Origin: a virus
Length of the DNA stretch: 64,000 nucleotides
Strand: one strand, 5' to 3'
Virus record (IMG/VR): IMGVR_UViG_3300024259_000012
Position 1 is the first letter of the stretch, and each line of letters opens with the position of its first letter. Made by a program: the position numbers and the translations under genes. Below are positions 19,111-29,427 of the stretch, in pieces. Below the pieces are notes generated by a model. That model was not told where the DNA came from. It worked only from the letters and a program-made list of their open reading frames with translations, and made no database searches.

Positions 19111-20186
19111 ATATCTCCTACTAATTGTCCCATAATGAATAATTCCTGTATCTCCGGAAGCTCTGACATGTCCGGCCCTATCGTCAATCTAATCCAATTT
19201 TCTCGTGGGTCATGTGGTATTGAAACCCCACCTCTGTACGCAATATTGGGGTGCGCATCCAACACTGTTGTAGCAAATGTATTATCAAATTCATCGTTGA
19301 AGTGTATCCAATTGGAATTTGTATTCATAACTTCATATCCGGATTCCACCAACAACTGACACATTTTCATTTTCTCTTTCAAGACACCGGCCACATACCC
19401 GTCTATCACCCGTGGGTGGTCTAAGACATATGAACCCCACCTTGCAGAAATGCCGGTGACCTCATGCATCAGTCTCCATTTTGAAATATATTCCATCAAA
19501 TTATCATGTGCAATAATGTATCCAATTCGTGCGCCTGCACTTCCTAATCCTTTGGAAAATGTCCTGCAGATTGCGACATTCTCATAACGTAGTGTAAAAG
19601 CATGTTGTGGTCGCATCAAAAATTCATCGTATGCTTCATCAATCAATAGCGGGATGCCCAATCGGTGTGTTTCCTTTACAAGCGGTAACAATCCGCCGGT
19701 TCCCTTGGCATCTCCGATTGGATTATTTGGGTTGGCAACCATCACAAGTGACGTGTTTGAATTCAGCTTGGAAATCATGTCTGCTACCGACCATTCCATT
19801 TCTTCACTGTATTCTACACCCACAAATTTAGCACCATACAATTCCGAATACACTTTGTACATTGGAAAGCACGGGTCGGTTGAAACAACCTCACTACCGT
19901 GAGTGACTGAAACATCAAACATGGTGCGGATGGCAACATCGGAGCCAGGTGTTAAAAATACGTTTTTAACCTCAACCCCATTCAATTCCGCAATCTTCTG
20001 CTTAAGCTCAAGGACATACGGATATGCTATGATATCTGTCTGCTTGATGCTGTCCAAGAAAGTATTAAAAAACTTATCAGAATATAATTCTGTGCGTTCG
20101 CTTTGGTCAAACCGATACTCTATTGAGCTTTTATCAACGTGGTCATCCTTGCGGTATATGCCTTGTAACCATGGCTTTACTCTCAT
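19092..20186 (-). CDS. HisC/CobD-like PLP aminotransferase or decarboxylase
   Basis: GSDVAI, NPNNPIG, IDEAY, RTFSKGLG.AGARIGY, IRLTIG. Confidence 0.85.
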   Translation of the reverse strand: MRVKPWLQGIYRKDDHVDKSSIEYRFDQSERTELYSDKFFNTFLDSIKQTDIIAYPYVLELKQKIAELNGVEVKNVFLTPGSDVAIRTMFDVSVTHGSEVVSTDPCFPMYKVYSELYGAKFVGVEYSEEMEWSVADMISKLNSNTSLVMVANPNNPIGDAKGTGGLLPLVKETHRLGIPLLIDEAYDEFLMRPQHAFTLRYENVAICRTFSKGLGSAGARIGYIIAHDNLMEYISKWRLMHEVTGISARWGSYVLDHPRVIDGYVAGVLKEKMKMCQLLVESGYEVMNTNSNWIHFNDEFDNTFATTVLDAHPNIAYRGGVSIPHDPRENWIRLTIGPDMSELPEIQELFIMGQLVGDICNVKI

Positions 20187-21097
20187 TAGTTATTTACTCC
20201 CAATTCTGTTAATATTGGAACCAACTCTTTGTATGAGCAATTCTTGCAATGGTCGGTTGGTTCGTTGGTCATGCAACCATGCTTGATTTTCATGAATGCA
20301 TCGGTCTCTCGGATTTCATCAATGCTATCCACAAATATGTTTCCAACTGGGGTCGCCCCTGTATTCATGCAACATATTTTCACATCACCACTAACAGTCA
20401 TGTACATTCCATTGTGTACCCAAAAGCAATCTTCAAAATCCCAAACAGATTTTCCCTTGATTGCAGGTAAGTATGTTTTCAAAAATGCAATTTGCTCGGG
20501 TATATAGCCCAGCGAGTCCTCAGCAGAAATCGTTGAATCTTCATCCCACGACTGAACAATATTTAACCGCAACTCACCTAAATCGTATTTTTCAATCAGA
20601 CGTTCAACGTGTGGAATCTCAAACACATTGTCTGGATTCACGGTGTAGTTTACAACAACCTCACATCCCTGTCGGTCAATGTCTTTGAAATCCTCTAAGA
20701 ATTTAATCAGCGTTGTCCATTTTGCAGGTGACCGGTCACGCTCATAGCTCTCTTCAAATCCATCTATTGAAAAATATAATTCATCAATGTATTCCAGCGA
20801 GCGTTTAAATTTGTCGCCCAATTTGTATTGACAATTTGTAGCAACTATGACCTTACACTTTGGGAAGGTTTGTTTGAATCTCTTACAAACCTCATCAAAT
20901 TGAGGGTGCAATAATGGTTCACCCATTCCCATTAATTTGGCTTCTGCAATTGGGTGGTGCTTCAGCTTTTCCAGCACGATGTCCCATTTAACCAATGACA
21001 TGTGGGAAAGCTTGCCAATAACCTCATGCCGATTACAGAATGAGCAATTGAGATTGCAATAATTTGTGGTTTCTAAATATGCGTATGTTATGCTCAT
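20186..21097 (-). CDS. radical SAM/SPASM-twitch protein
   Basis: CNLNCSFC, GEPLLHP, VKICC, CKNC. Confidence 0.9.
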   Translation of the reverse strand: MSITYAYLETTNYCNLNCSFCNRHEVIGKLSHMSLVKWDIVLEKLKHHPIAEAKLMGMGEPLLHPQFDEVCKRFKQTFPKCKVIVATNCQYKLGDKFKRSLEYIDELYFSIDGFEESYERDRSPAKWTTLIKFLEDFKDIDRQGCEVVVNYTVNPDNVFEIPHVERLIEKYDLGELRLNIVQSWDEDSTISAEDSLGYIPEQIAFLKTYLPAIKGKSVWDFEDCFWVHNGMYMTVSGDVKICCMNTGATPVGNIFVDSIDEIRETDAFMKIKHGCMTNEPTDHCKNCSYKELVPILTELGVNN

Positions 21098-21810
21098 GTT
21101 GTGGTGGCTCCCCATTGGTTACCAAATTCGTAATTAAACATTTCTATATCTTTAGCGAATCGGGTTTCAACAATGTGTCGTCCCTCATTGCTATACATTT
21201 CATGGTATGAATCTATTTTCTGAAAATACCCATCATGCGTTCTAATGTTGCTTCTCATTTGTGGCAACTCCGGCAATTCAAACATAGGCAGTCCCAGCCC
21301 CTCAAATAACTCAGCACAATTGGCTTCCAAATTTTCAAAGTGAACAATATAGTCAACCATTAGCTTGCCATCATCGCCTGTAATCCAATCCGCACATGGA
21401 CTTAAAATTCTGCGATTTGTGTGAGTCAATCCATCAATCGTTCGCTCTTCATAATCCGGTGAAATGTCGTGTGTAAATGCGTCTCTCAACCAATCATCAA
21501 ATGATGCCTTCACATACGATAAGCTTTTTGGATTGCACACGTTCTTTCTGTACTGAGACAGCATTCTGTCCCATGGATTACGGACGATTGCAAATTTAAT
21601 ATAATCTTCCCAAGTTTCTCCGAGTGCCAACTTATACTCGTGAGCATCCCAATGTTGAGAATGTGGGAATTTGATATCAGGATGACCGAATCCTTCGGTT
21701 GCCGCATACTTGAAACCATATGGCTCCAATGCTTGATTTACCGAATTTCCACCGGTCTTATTAATGTGTACAAACACAAATTTGATTGGTGCGTTTTCAT
21801 TAGCTATCAT
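21088..21810 (-). CDS. sulfotransferase (Sulfotransfer_2 family)
   Basis: FVHINKTGG (5'-PSB), VRNPWDRMLS (3'-PB), HFENL; ends at TGA 21094 or TAA 21088. Confidence 0.85.
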
Positions 21811-22327
21811 TGAAAATTACTCCATGTAATTTTAGCAGGGAAACGTTGTGGTCTACACACACATCTTCAACCCTACCGTTTAAATATAAATACAAATCTA
21901 CGTCGTTCAACACGTTGGTATACAAGTCTTCCGAATCCAACATGATATGTTTTATTAACCCCGTGGCCAATAGGCTGTCCAAATTTAATACACCCTTCAA
22001 GGTCTCAATCTTGGGCACGAACCCAACACCATCAGGCAGTGCATCACATATCACTTTTACTTCGGTCACGTCCTCAACATTGGATACTGCGAAATATTCA
22101 ATGTTGTCATGCTTGGCCATTTCAGTCAAAGTTTCGTTCAATGGAATTGTGGGAACGGGTGGTTTGGTTCTACCCTTTGGATAGTCCAAAAATACAGGGT
22201 GCCCGCACTTCAAAAATTTACGCAACTCCGCCATATCCTTGACATGCGCCATGTTGATACGAACCACCACATCTTCCAACTTTTGAAATTGTGGTAGTCC
22301 TAACAAGTGATTAGATATTAGTATCAT
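21800..22327 (-). CDS. pyruvate-kinase/HpcH-like TIM-barrel protein
   Basis: VRINMAH, FLD.P..R.K, VPKIET, IMLD.EDL. Confidence 0.65.
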   Translation of the reverse strand: MILISNHLLGLPQFQKLEDVVVRINMAHVKDMAELRKFLKCGHPVFLDYPKGRTKPPVPTIPLNETLTEMAKHDNIEYFAVSNVEDVTEVKVICDALPDGVGFVPKIETLKGVLNLDSLLATGLIKHIMLDSEDLYTNVLNDVDLYLYLNGRVEDVCVDHNVSLLKLHGVIFNDS

Positions 22328-22664
22328 TTAATGCCTCCCGTATTTTCGTAGCCGAAATAGCTTCAATTTCTGCAGGCGGCTCATGTTCTATAATACCATA
22401 CCCAACATCTCTACCATAATTAACCGATTCAATCGCCGGAATTACTGTCAACGATACAAGGTCAGCTTCAATTTCAGCTTCATATCGTTTTTGCAAATTC
22501 CCATACACCTCTCATGATGTGTAAATGTTTTTCTCACCATCGGGTTCCAAGTCCATAATAGCAATTGCTACAAACTTACCCTCGTTCAACATCTTTGTAA
22601 CCATTCACGCATGTCCATCATGGAACGGTTGAAATCTACCAATATACAATGACCACTTTTTCAT
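22311..22664 (-). CDS. HxGH cytidyltransferase-like nucleotidyltransferase, 2 TGA=Trp
   Basis: IGRFQPFHDGHA(TGA 22605)...(TGA 22512)...YGRDVGY...ISATKIR. Confidence 0.85.
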
Positions 22665-23455
22665 TATTCAACGTCTCCTTTGTATTCGCCCTTTAAAAAT
22701 TCTATAAATGTGTCCACTTGAACAAACAACTGATTGTGTATTTCTGCGGACATCTCTTCATTTTCATCTTGGATATCTTCAAGTGACCTACCGGATTCTT
22801 CAGCCAATTTTCTGTCGGGTCGGGTTATCATATCCCGTGACCCTGCCCAATGATGATATATTTTATCCTCATACAATCCAAAATACAATGGATGGTAATT
22901 TACAACATTGCTCCGCTGTACTGGATAGTAATTAAATTTATCATTGTCCTTTAACCATTGCACAACACCACCGAGCCAGTTACCTTGCGCACTTGTCATT
23001 TTTCTGCTCATTGGATAATCAATACCCTCGTTCAAATATTCTGCGGGGAAGCACCAAAAGGCACAGTGTGGAATCTTATGGTTTTGGTCCCACTCGTGGT
23101 TTGGCTCTTCCAGTCCAACAAATGGATACTCTTTCAACTTTCCAAGTGCCCACTCATCTATATCCTCTACCGGAAATGCATCAGAATCAAACACCATAAT
23201 GGTGTCGCCATCTTCCATGGCTTCCTTTACAATCGGAATCAATAATTTGAATGCGTCGCTTTGATGTGAAACTTCACCAACCTTGCCTTGTAAACATACG
23301 TCAAATTTGAAGCTGTTTCGCTCATACTCTCCCTCAGACATATTACCCAACCGAGTGTATGTTCTATAATCTTGTTTGATATGTCGGGCGAAAGCACGGG
23401 TCTGAATATCAATCCAATGTTCAGATGCCCAATGTACTGTTAAAATATGAATCAT
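22664..23455 (-). CDS. GT-A fold glycosyltransferase-like protein
   Basis: FDSDAFP, IYHHWAGSR. Confidence 0.6.
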   Translation of the reverse strand: MIHILTVHWASEHWIDIQTRAFARHIKQDYRTYTRLGNMSEGEYERNSFKFDVCLQGKVGEVSHQSDAFKLLIPIVKEAMEDGDTIMVFDSDAFPVEDIDEWALGKLKEYPFVGLEEPNHEWDQNHKIPHCAFWCFPAEYLNEGIDYPMSRKMTSAQGNWLGGVVQWLKDNDKFNYYPVQRSNVVNYHPLYFGLYEDKIYHHWAGSRDMITRPDRKLAEESGRSLEDIQDENEEMSAEIHNQLFVQVDTFIEFLKGEYKGDVE

Positions 23456-23463
23456 AATTTTCC

Positions 23464-24381
23464 TTACTGTATTGGCATGTCATTGAAACCGGACTTGCTC
23501 TTATCCAATTTTGATTGGTCTGCATCCACAAGCCTAAATCTTGCTTGAACCTCTGTATTTTGCCGAACATACTCTTCCTCAAATCGCTCAAAATTGGCGA
23601 TGTCAAATTTGGTGTTCGGTATGTATTCGGGATTCTTAAAGTATGCCCGCAATGCTTCCGTTTCAGTCTCCTGAAAAAATTCAAATTTTATTGCTTCTGC
23701 CAAGCCGCTCCTTTGCAACTGTGAATATATTTCATCATGTGGACTATGCAACACATCCGATACTGTCATGTGTTCATACACGCCCGCTATCTTATTCACG
23801 TTAGCAGAACTTGAAAAGAAAAATGCGTCGTATAATCTCAATCGTTCAGCCTGAAATGCCTGTAGCCACTTTTTAGTGTGGCAGTCGCAGGTTGTGTCTG
23901 TCCAATCACGGCTTTGAAATTCAGGTGCTCTAACACCATCAACCCAACCGTGCGGTTTGGTGTGTCTGAAATACACATATTGGTTATCAAATTTTTCAAA
24001 ATTCAGGGGAACAAAAAACACATGGTCAAATCTATATACCATAACCCAATCATACTCAAATCCGTGTTCTTTCTCATACTCAGTTTTCAAATTTACAGAC
24101 ATTGCCGTTGAATACCAACGACTCGCTATTGCGTTGTCTCTAATTGTAGATTGCCCGAAATTTATCTGTGGCTCTACAATATAGTCTTTTGGATTGTATA
24201 AGTCAAGTAGTATTTTCTCATGGTCAACACTCCAACTGTGAATGAATACATCCACATCATTGTGCTCAAATATATTTTTGTTGTGGAAGTAGTGCCCTAA
24301 TCGTGGGTCAATGTCCTTACCCAACCCCATTCCGAAATTGGATGCCCCGACGATTCCTGGCAAGCATAGTGCGATTCTCAT
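23464..24381 (-). CDS. polysaccharide-cluster GT-like protein
   Basis: RIALCLPG, DVFIHSW, SRWYS, YDWVMVYRFD. Confidence 0.6.
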   Translation of the reverse strand: MRIALCLPGIVGASNFGMGLGKDIDPRLGHYFHNKNIFEHNDVDVFIHSWSVDHEKILLDLYNPKDYIVEPQINFGQSTIRDNAIASRWYSTAMSVNLKTEYEKEHGFEYDWVMVYRFDHVFFVPLNFEKFDNQYVYFRHTKPHGWVDGVRAPEFQSRDWTDTTCDCHTKKWLQAFQAERLRLYDAFFFSSSANVNKIAGVYEHMTVSDVLHSPHDEIYSQLQRSGLAEAIKFEFFQETETEALRAYFKNPEYIPNTKFDIANFERFEEEYVRQNTEVQARFRLVDADQSKLDKSKSGFNDMPIQ

Positions 24382-25454
24382 TATATCAATTCCTTTAGGT
24401 CATGTGAATTTCTAACCATGTTCACCGCTGTGGCTGTTGGGAATGAATTTGTTGGCGAGTAGTCGTTCACCAATACCCTCTCACAATGCATCAGGTCAAA
24501 TATAATTTGATGATAACGAATGTCCAATCTATCCAATTGCTTCAAGGTCACCTCTTTGAATGAACTCTTCCTGCTTGTGGTAATTATGACCCTCACTGTC
24601 CCACTATCATACATTTCATTGATGATATCCACATTTTCCTGTATAGCTCCGGTGGTGCCCCAAATTGGTTCAAACATCTCACTTGAACTGTTTACAAGCA
24701 CACCATCCAAGTCAATGAATATCGTCTTGTAGCGTTCTTTGTATTTGTTCCAATCTGCAAGGGTGCCCCAATCTTCATAGTTGGTAACCTTAGAAGTTTT
24801 AAACAGTTTCCCATCAAGCACTTGCTCAAAAATAACGTGCGATATAAAAATTTCAGGGTCGGTGGACTGTGCGGGTCTACTGAATGATTGTGTAGCCTTC
24901 AGAGCCTTGAAGGTTTCCACGAACTGTTCTGCGCTACTGAAGCTATATCCACCACAACAAAACTTGTCGCTGATTATACGCTTCTCTACAATATTTGTGA
25001 CGTTCTCCAAGTGGTCAACGGTTACATAGCTTTTGTTCTTGGCTATGACCTCTTCCATGTCATACAATGAATAAACCGATACCATGTTTGGTTCAATGGG
25101 TCCGGTAACAAAGTAGTCATCACAATCCTTGATGTAAATTTCACCTTCAATATTAGCCTTCTGAATTGTTATTGCTACCGTCTCGCTCTGTGAAGATGTT
25201 GGGGTGTCAAGACCAATCAATTCAAATGGTAGACCAAACTTTTCAAATGAGTCATATATTGCGGTTTGTAATCCATATTTTACAACATCATATCGCATGG
25301 CAGTCATCACAATCCTGTCAAAATTAGACAAGTCAATTCCAGACATACCTTCAACAATCATCAGTTCACCATTTGGGTGAGTCAGTGACCATTTAGGTCG
25401 CATATTAGGATATCTTGTGCTTGCACCGGCGGCGGGTAATATTAACGTAAACAT
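24381..25454 (-). CDS. sugar nucleotidyltransferase fused to a HAD phosphatase
   Basis: ILPAAGASTRYP...PK, DCD, DWGT; C-terminal DLDGVL, TTSR, VND. Confidence 0.85.
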   Translation of the reverse strand: MFTLILPAAGASTRYPNMRPKWSLTHPNGELMIVEGMSGIDLSNFDRIVMTAMRYDVVKYGLQTAIYDSFEKFGLPFELIGLDTPTSSQSETVAITIQKANIEGEIYIKDCDDYFVTGPIEPNMVSVYSLYDMEEVIAKNKSYVTVDHLENVTNIVEKRIISDKFCCGGYSFSSAEQFVETFKALKATQSFSRPAQSTDPEIFISHVIFEQVLDGKLFKTSKVTNYEDWGTLADWNKYKERYKTIFIDLDGVLVNSSSEMFEPIWGTTGAIQENVDIINEMYDSGTVRVIITTSRKSSFKEVTLKQLDRLDIRYHQIIFDLMHCERVLVNDYSPTNSFPTATAVNMVRNSHDLKELI

Positions 25455-26257
25455 AGTAAATTTATCTCCTTTAATAACATATCAATTATAACCTTGTCTG
25501 TTGCATACGGCACGATTCTCATCAAATTCAAAATCTGAAATGGAACGTAGTATTTTTTGTAATACTCCTCATCAGAAAACGTGGCCGTGAATTGCCTGTC
25601 TATGTATGTAAAAACCTGTTGCAGTCGTACTCTATGCTCCATGTTCCCCAATAGATACAATGACCAAAAATAATGCGTGTCCTGCCTGACCTTAACAATG
25701 TCTTGCAATGGGCTGTCCAAGAAGGTATCCAAAAAATCTATTAATGCAACCTCATTATTATAAAACAGCATATTTGAGAATGTCAAGTCTCCATGGCAAT
25801 ATCCCATTGGAATATCAATGGTGTCATCAAGCTCATAAAATAGTCAATCCAAATGGCTCATGACAATTCCATGCGCTTTGAAAATATCAGTCTTCACCGA
25901 CTCAAACTTGTCAACCACAACCTTGCGACTAACCGACCCAACCGATTCAATGTTGGAACTAACAAATGCACAAAGTCTTCCAATGAAAGCATCCAACTGG
26001 TCTTTTGTTGCTACTATGAAAAATTGGTCAAATGACTGATATGGTAATAATTCCATTTCAAATGAAAATATACCATCATCGGTAATATCAAAATCATAAA
26101 CTTCAGGACAGCCGAAATACTCACTCTGAAACCGCTCCTGTTTTATTCATTGGTTTTTCAACCGATTTGAATATTTGGGCGAACCCGACCGTTTTACCAA
26201 ATGGTCATTTACTATCTCAAATGTACAGCCGGAATGACTGAGTGCATCAAATTTCAA
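25442..26257 (-). CDS. APH/choline-kinase-like phosphotransferase, 2 TGA=Trp
   Basis: TTG start; TGA 26147 and 25844 join HSGC..LVKR, FEME, CHGDLTFSN and LIDF into one kinase. Confidence 0.85.
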
Positions 26258-26258
26258 A

Positions 26259-27329
26259 TTAGACCTTTTCCCAAAAATCATCACCCGTTTGGGTGGTTGT
26301 CCAAAAAATAGCGGTCATCTCTCCAATGCCCGTGTTTGTAATATCATGCGTGTAAAATGTTGGCATGTCTATAACCTTAATATTGGTGCCGCTCACATCA
26401 TATTCCAACACCTCGTCAGTACCAATTTTACGCATCCGTATAGTCGCTTCGCCCGAGACAACACAAAACCTCTCAAATTTATGCAAATGGTAATGCCCAC
26501 CTCGTGTAAATCTTGGGTTGGTGGTTGATGTAAAAACCTTGCCCCGTGACCCGAATTCAATAACTTCATTTAGCGTTCCCCTGGTGTCACTATGTGGAAC
26601 CGTAGGGAATGGTCTATTTTTAGGCAAAATAAAACTCCTAAAAGTATTGAACAATTTCAAATCAAAATGTGAAGAAAATTCAGGAACTACGCCGCCTTGA
26701 GAATATGTATCATGCCACCTATTGAATGTCCGCAACACTTCACTTACCATCATTCCTTGACCTCTGAATGGAAGGGATTGACCATGTTCAATATAATATT
26801 TGAATGTCTTAACGACATCACTTACATGGGTCAGCCGAACATAAGCGTCTTCCAAAATCGTAGGCTCTTCACCATTGCAAATCTTGTGTGCAAATGTAGC
26901 AACAAATGAATTGTAATTGGGCTTGCCGAATTCACCAAATACATTTGGAATCCTAAAGGATTTGTGTTCATGTAACACATGCTCAGCCTCTCGCTTACCT
27001 GCTCCGTATGCTTCACCATCTGCCAAGTATTTGCTCAACAACTCTGGCAACTCGTCAACCTTAGTTGAGGATGCAAATATTATTTTACAGTCGGGACTTA
27101 CAGCATCCCTCAATTTATGAGCCAATAAAACATTAGTGCGATATATGCCTTGAGCAGAACCACGATTTTTACCTGCTAAGTGGATGACCCAATCACATTC
27201 TTTAATTTTGGGGTCGTCCCAAAAGTTCCGTTGGTTAAATGGGATGACTTCCCAATCGGTTGTAAGCCTCAGAGTGTGATACATGTGGTAACCAATGAAC
27301 CCACCGGCTCCTGTGATTCCTACTTTCAT
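26259..27329 (-). CDS. FnlB/CapF/WbjC-like SDR plus cupin (3-epimerase/4-reductase)
   Basis: TGAGGFIG, YGAGK, PNVFGEFGKPNYNSFVATF, RGGHYH..KFERF. Confidence 0.9.
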   Translation of the reverse strand: MKVGITGAGGFIGYHMYHTLRLTTDWEVIPFNQRNFWDDPKIKECDWVIHLAGKNRGSAQGIYRTNVLLAHKLRDAVSPDCKIIFASSTKVDELPELLSKYLADGEAYGAGKREAEHVLHEHKSFRIPNVFGEFGKPNYNSFVATFAHKICNGEEPTILEDAYVRLTHVSDVVKTFKYYIEHGQSLPFRGQGMMVSEVLRTFNRWHDTYSQGGVVPEFSSHFDLKLFNTFRSFILPKNRPFPTVPHSDTRGTLNEVIEFGSRGKVFTSTTNPRFTRGGHYHLHKFERFCVVSGEATIRMRKIGTDEVLEYDVSGTNIKVIDMPTFYTHDITNTGIGEMTAIFWTTTQTGDDFWEKV

Positions 27330-28315
27330 TATCCATTCTCCGCAAAATCTTTGACTTTATTTAACAGGGCTTGCAATTCGTCACCTTCAGCTAAATGTAA
27401 ATCAGACCGGTATGGCACCGCATCATAACTTTCCGTTGTGCGACCTTGACCAATTACATAATAATTCTGACTGAATGGCCCGAATGTATGCATTAAAAGT
27501 CGTTGAAATTCAAACTTGCTAATCATTTCTTCATGAAGTTTTTCACCATCACGTATAGGAATCTTCTTAAATTCAATATCAGGGTTGCCCGAAGCTTCAC
27601 CGATGGCTCGCATCATATCAACTATTTTCACAGCTTTAACCTTCGGGACAACAATATTTCCTTCAGATTTATCTGGATTATCAAGTGACCAATCTATGGT
27701 CGCTATTGCCTCATCCAAAGTTAATAGAAACCGTGTCATCTCCATATCCGTAATTGTAATGTAGTCTTGACCTTCCATAATCAAACGCCTGAACAGTGGT
27801 ATAATTGAACGTGTTGAATTCATGACATTACCATACCTGACAATGTGAACCTTTGTGTCTAATTGTCTTTTTGAAAAGTCAACATAAAGTTGTTCTGAAA
27901 TTGCCTTACACATTCCATATACATTTATTGGATTACATGCCTTGTCTGTGGATACGAACACTAAACGCTGGACTGGATTTGGACTTTCCTCAACCGCATC
28001 AATTACATTTTGATGACCAATAATATTTGTCTTGACCGACTCATATGGGTTTGCTTGGCAAGTCCACACAGTTTTGAGTGCGGCGGCTTGAATAACAATA
28101 TCAGGTTGGAATGATAGCAATGCTCTGTCAATACTTTCACGGTCTTTTACATCACCCAAAATGCATCTGACATCAGGCCATTTCAATTTTAAATCTTCTT
28201 GTTTATGCTCGTCCCTTGAAAAAACGCACACCACATTATCCTCTTTGTATCTTGCAACCAATGCTTGACCCAATGCTCCGGAACCACCAATTATGAGTAT
28301 CCGTTTATCTATCAT
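27329..28315 (-). CDS. FnlA/CapE/PseB-like UDP-GlcNAc 4,6-dehydratase
   Basis: GGSGALG, SRDEHKQ, STDKA, YGMCK, RYGNV, MTRF, GEKLHE. Confidence 0.9.
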   Translation of the reverse strand: MIDKRILIIGGSGALGQALVARYKEDNVVCVFSRDEHKQEDLKLKWPDVRCILGDVKDRESIDRALLSFQPDIVIQAAALKTVWTCQANPYESVKTNIIGHQNVIDAVEESPNPVQRLVFVSTDKACNPINVYGMCKAISEQLYVDFSKRQLDTKVHIVRYGNVMNSTRSIIPLFRRLIMEGQDYITITDMEMTRFLLTLDEAIATIDWSLDNPDKSEGNIVVPKVKAVKIVDMMRAIGEASGNPDIEFKKIPIRDGEKLHEEMISKFEFQRLLMHTFGPFSQNYYVIGQGRTTESYDAVPYRSDLHLAEGDELQALLNKVKDFAENG

Positions 28316-28326
28316 GTAACCTCCAA

Positions 28327-29235
28327 TTAAATATTTATATAATTTGTTGCTCTCACGTAATTTCCACTTTTCCAAGTGTTCCGCTCAACCTTCTCGGGCG
28401 TCCACAAATGAGCTAACATATACGATGGCGAGTATCTTGCTGTGGCCTCATTCATGCCGGTTTCATTCCCACAATTCATCTTTGCATTTGCCTTCAGATA
28501 CAATTGCTGTCTAAGGTTCAATTTCATATCCTTTACGCTTATGAGATTCTTTAGAAAATCAAACTGCTTCATAACCTGTTCATCTTCACAGTAATATAAC
28601 CAAGTGTCAATGGTGTTGTTCTCTTTCATGAAGTCCAAAAGGGGCTTAGCATGTGATGTCAATTCATAGGTAGATGACAGCATTAAATAACCATATTCCT
28701 TTGCAGGAATCAATTTTGAAAACTCAGCTTCCTCTTCCTCACTAAAATAAATATCAGGTGAAGAGTCCAAACGCTCATCTTTTTTGAAATTCCAGAAAAT
28801 TAACATTTGTTCCAACAATGGAACCTTCCAATCGGTCTCATCATAAATGTGGTAATGGTCGTGAAACACTTCTCCTGCAAATTCATCTACAAATTCATCC
28901 ACATATGGGTTGTTAGCAAATATCAATTCAGGAACTATTGAAGCGTCAAATGTACCATAACCCCAAGTGCCCAAATATTCACCGAACACTTCCTTTAGCA
29001 TTTTACCGGACGGCACAACTACTTTACAATTTGGATACTTTTGTTTAAGCAACCTTGGCATGGCGGATAAAATAACCCAATCACCAATTCCATGTGATGC
29101 TCGCATAACCATAAATTCTTGACGTTCTAAATACTCGGGCGGGATGCCGTAAGCCTCATCTGCAGGCCAACCCAACATTTCAACCTCACCTGCTGAATAA
29201 ACTGTGTTGTCATATATTCTAAAAAATACAGGCAT
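28327..29235 (-). CDS. GT9 (heptosyltransferase-like) glycosyltransferase
   Basis: HGIGDWVILSAMPRLLKQKYP, NNPYVD, GNETG. Confidence 0.7.
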   Translation of the reverse strand: MPVFFRIYDNTVYSAGEVEMLGWPADEAYGIPPEYLERQEFMVMRASHGIGDWVILSAMPRLLKQKYPNCKVVVPSGKMLKEVFGEYLGTWGYGTFDASIVPELIFANNPYVDEFVDEFAGEVFHDHYHIYDETDWKVPLLEQMLIFWNFKKDERLDSSPDIYFSEEEEAEFSKLIPAKEYGYLMLSSTYELTSHAKPLLDFMKENNTIDTWLYYCEDEQVMKQFDFLKNLISVKDMKLNLRQQLYLKANAKMNCGNETGMNEATARYSPSYMLAHLWTPEKVERNTWKSGNYVRATNYINI

Positions 29236-29427
29236 TTATACCTTCCTTATGAACGTAGCAAGCCTATCATTGCAAGACAATTCAATTGAAGATGTGTTGT
29301 CTTTAATGTAGCGCATGTCTTCGGGTGTTAAAAATGGGGTGTCAATAAACTCCCCACTTATTAGTGATGCAGTTACATAACAGTCTTTACCCTGCAGTAT
29401 TGAATTGTCTCTACCTTTTACTGGCAT
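29236..29427 (-). CDS. small hypothetical protein
   Basis: ORF fills the gap in the operon. Confidence 0.5.
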   Translation of the reverse strand: MPVKGRDNSILQGKDCYVTASLISGEFIDTPFLTPEDMRYIKDNTSSIELSCNDRLATFIRKV

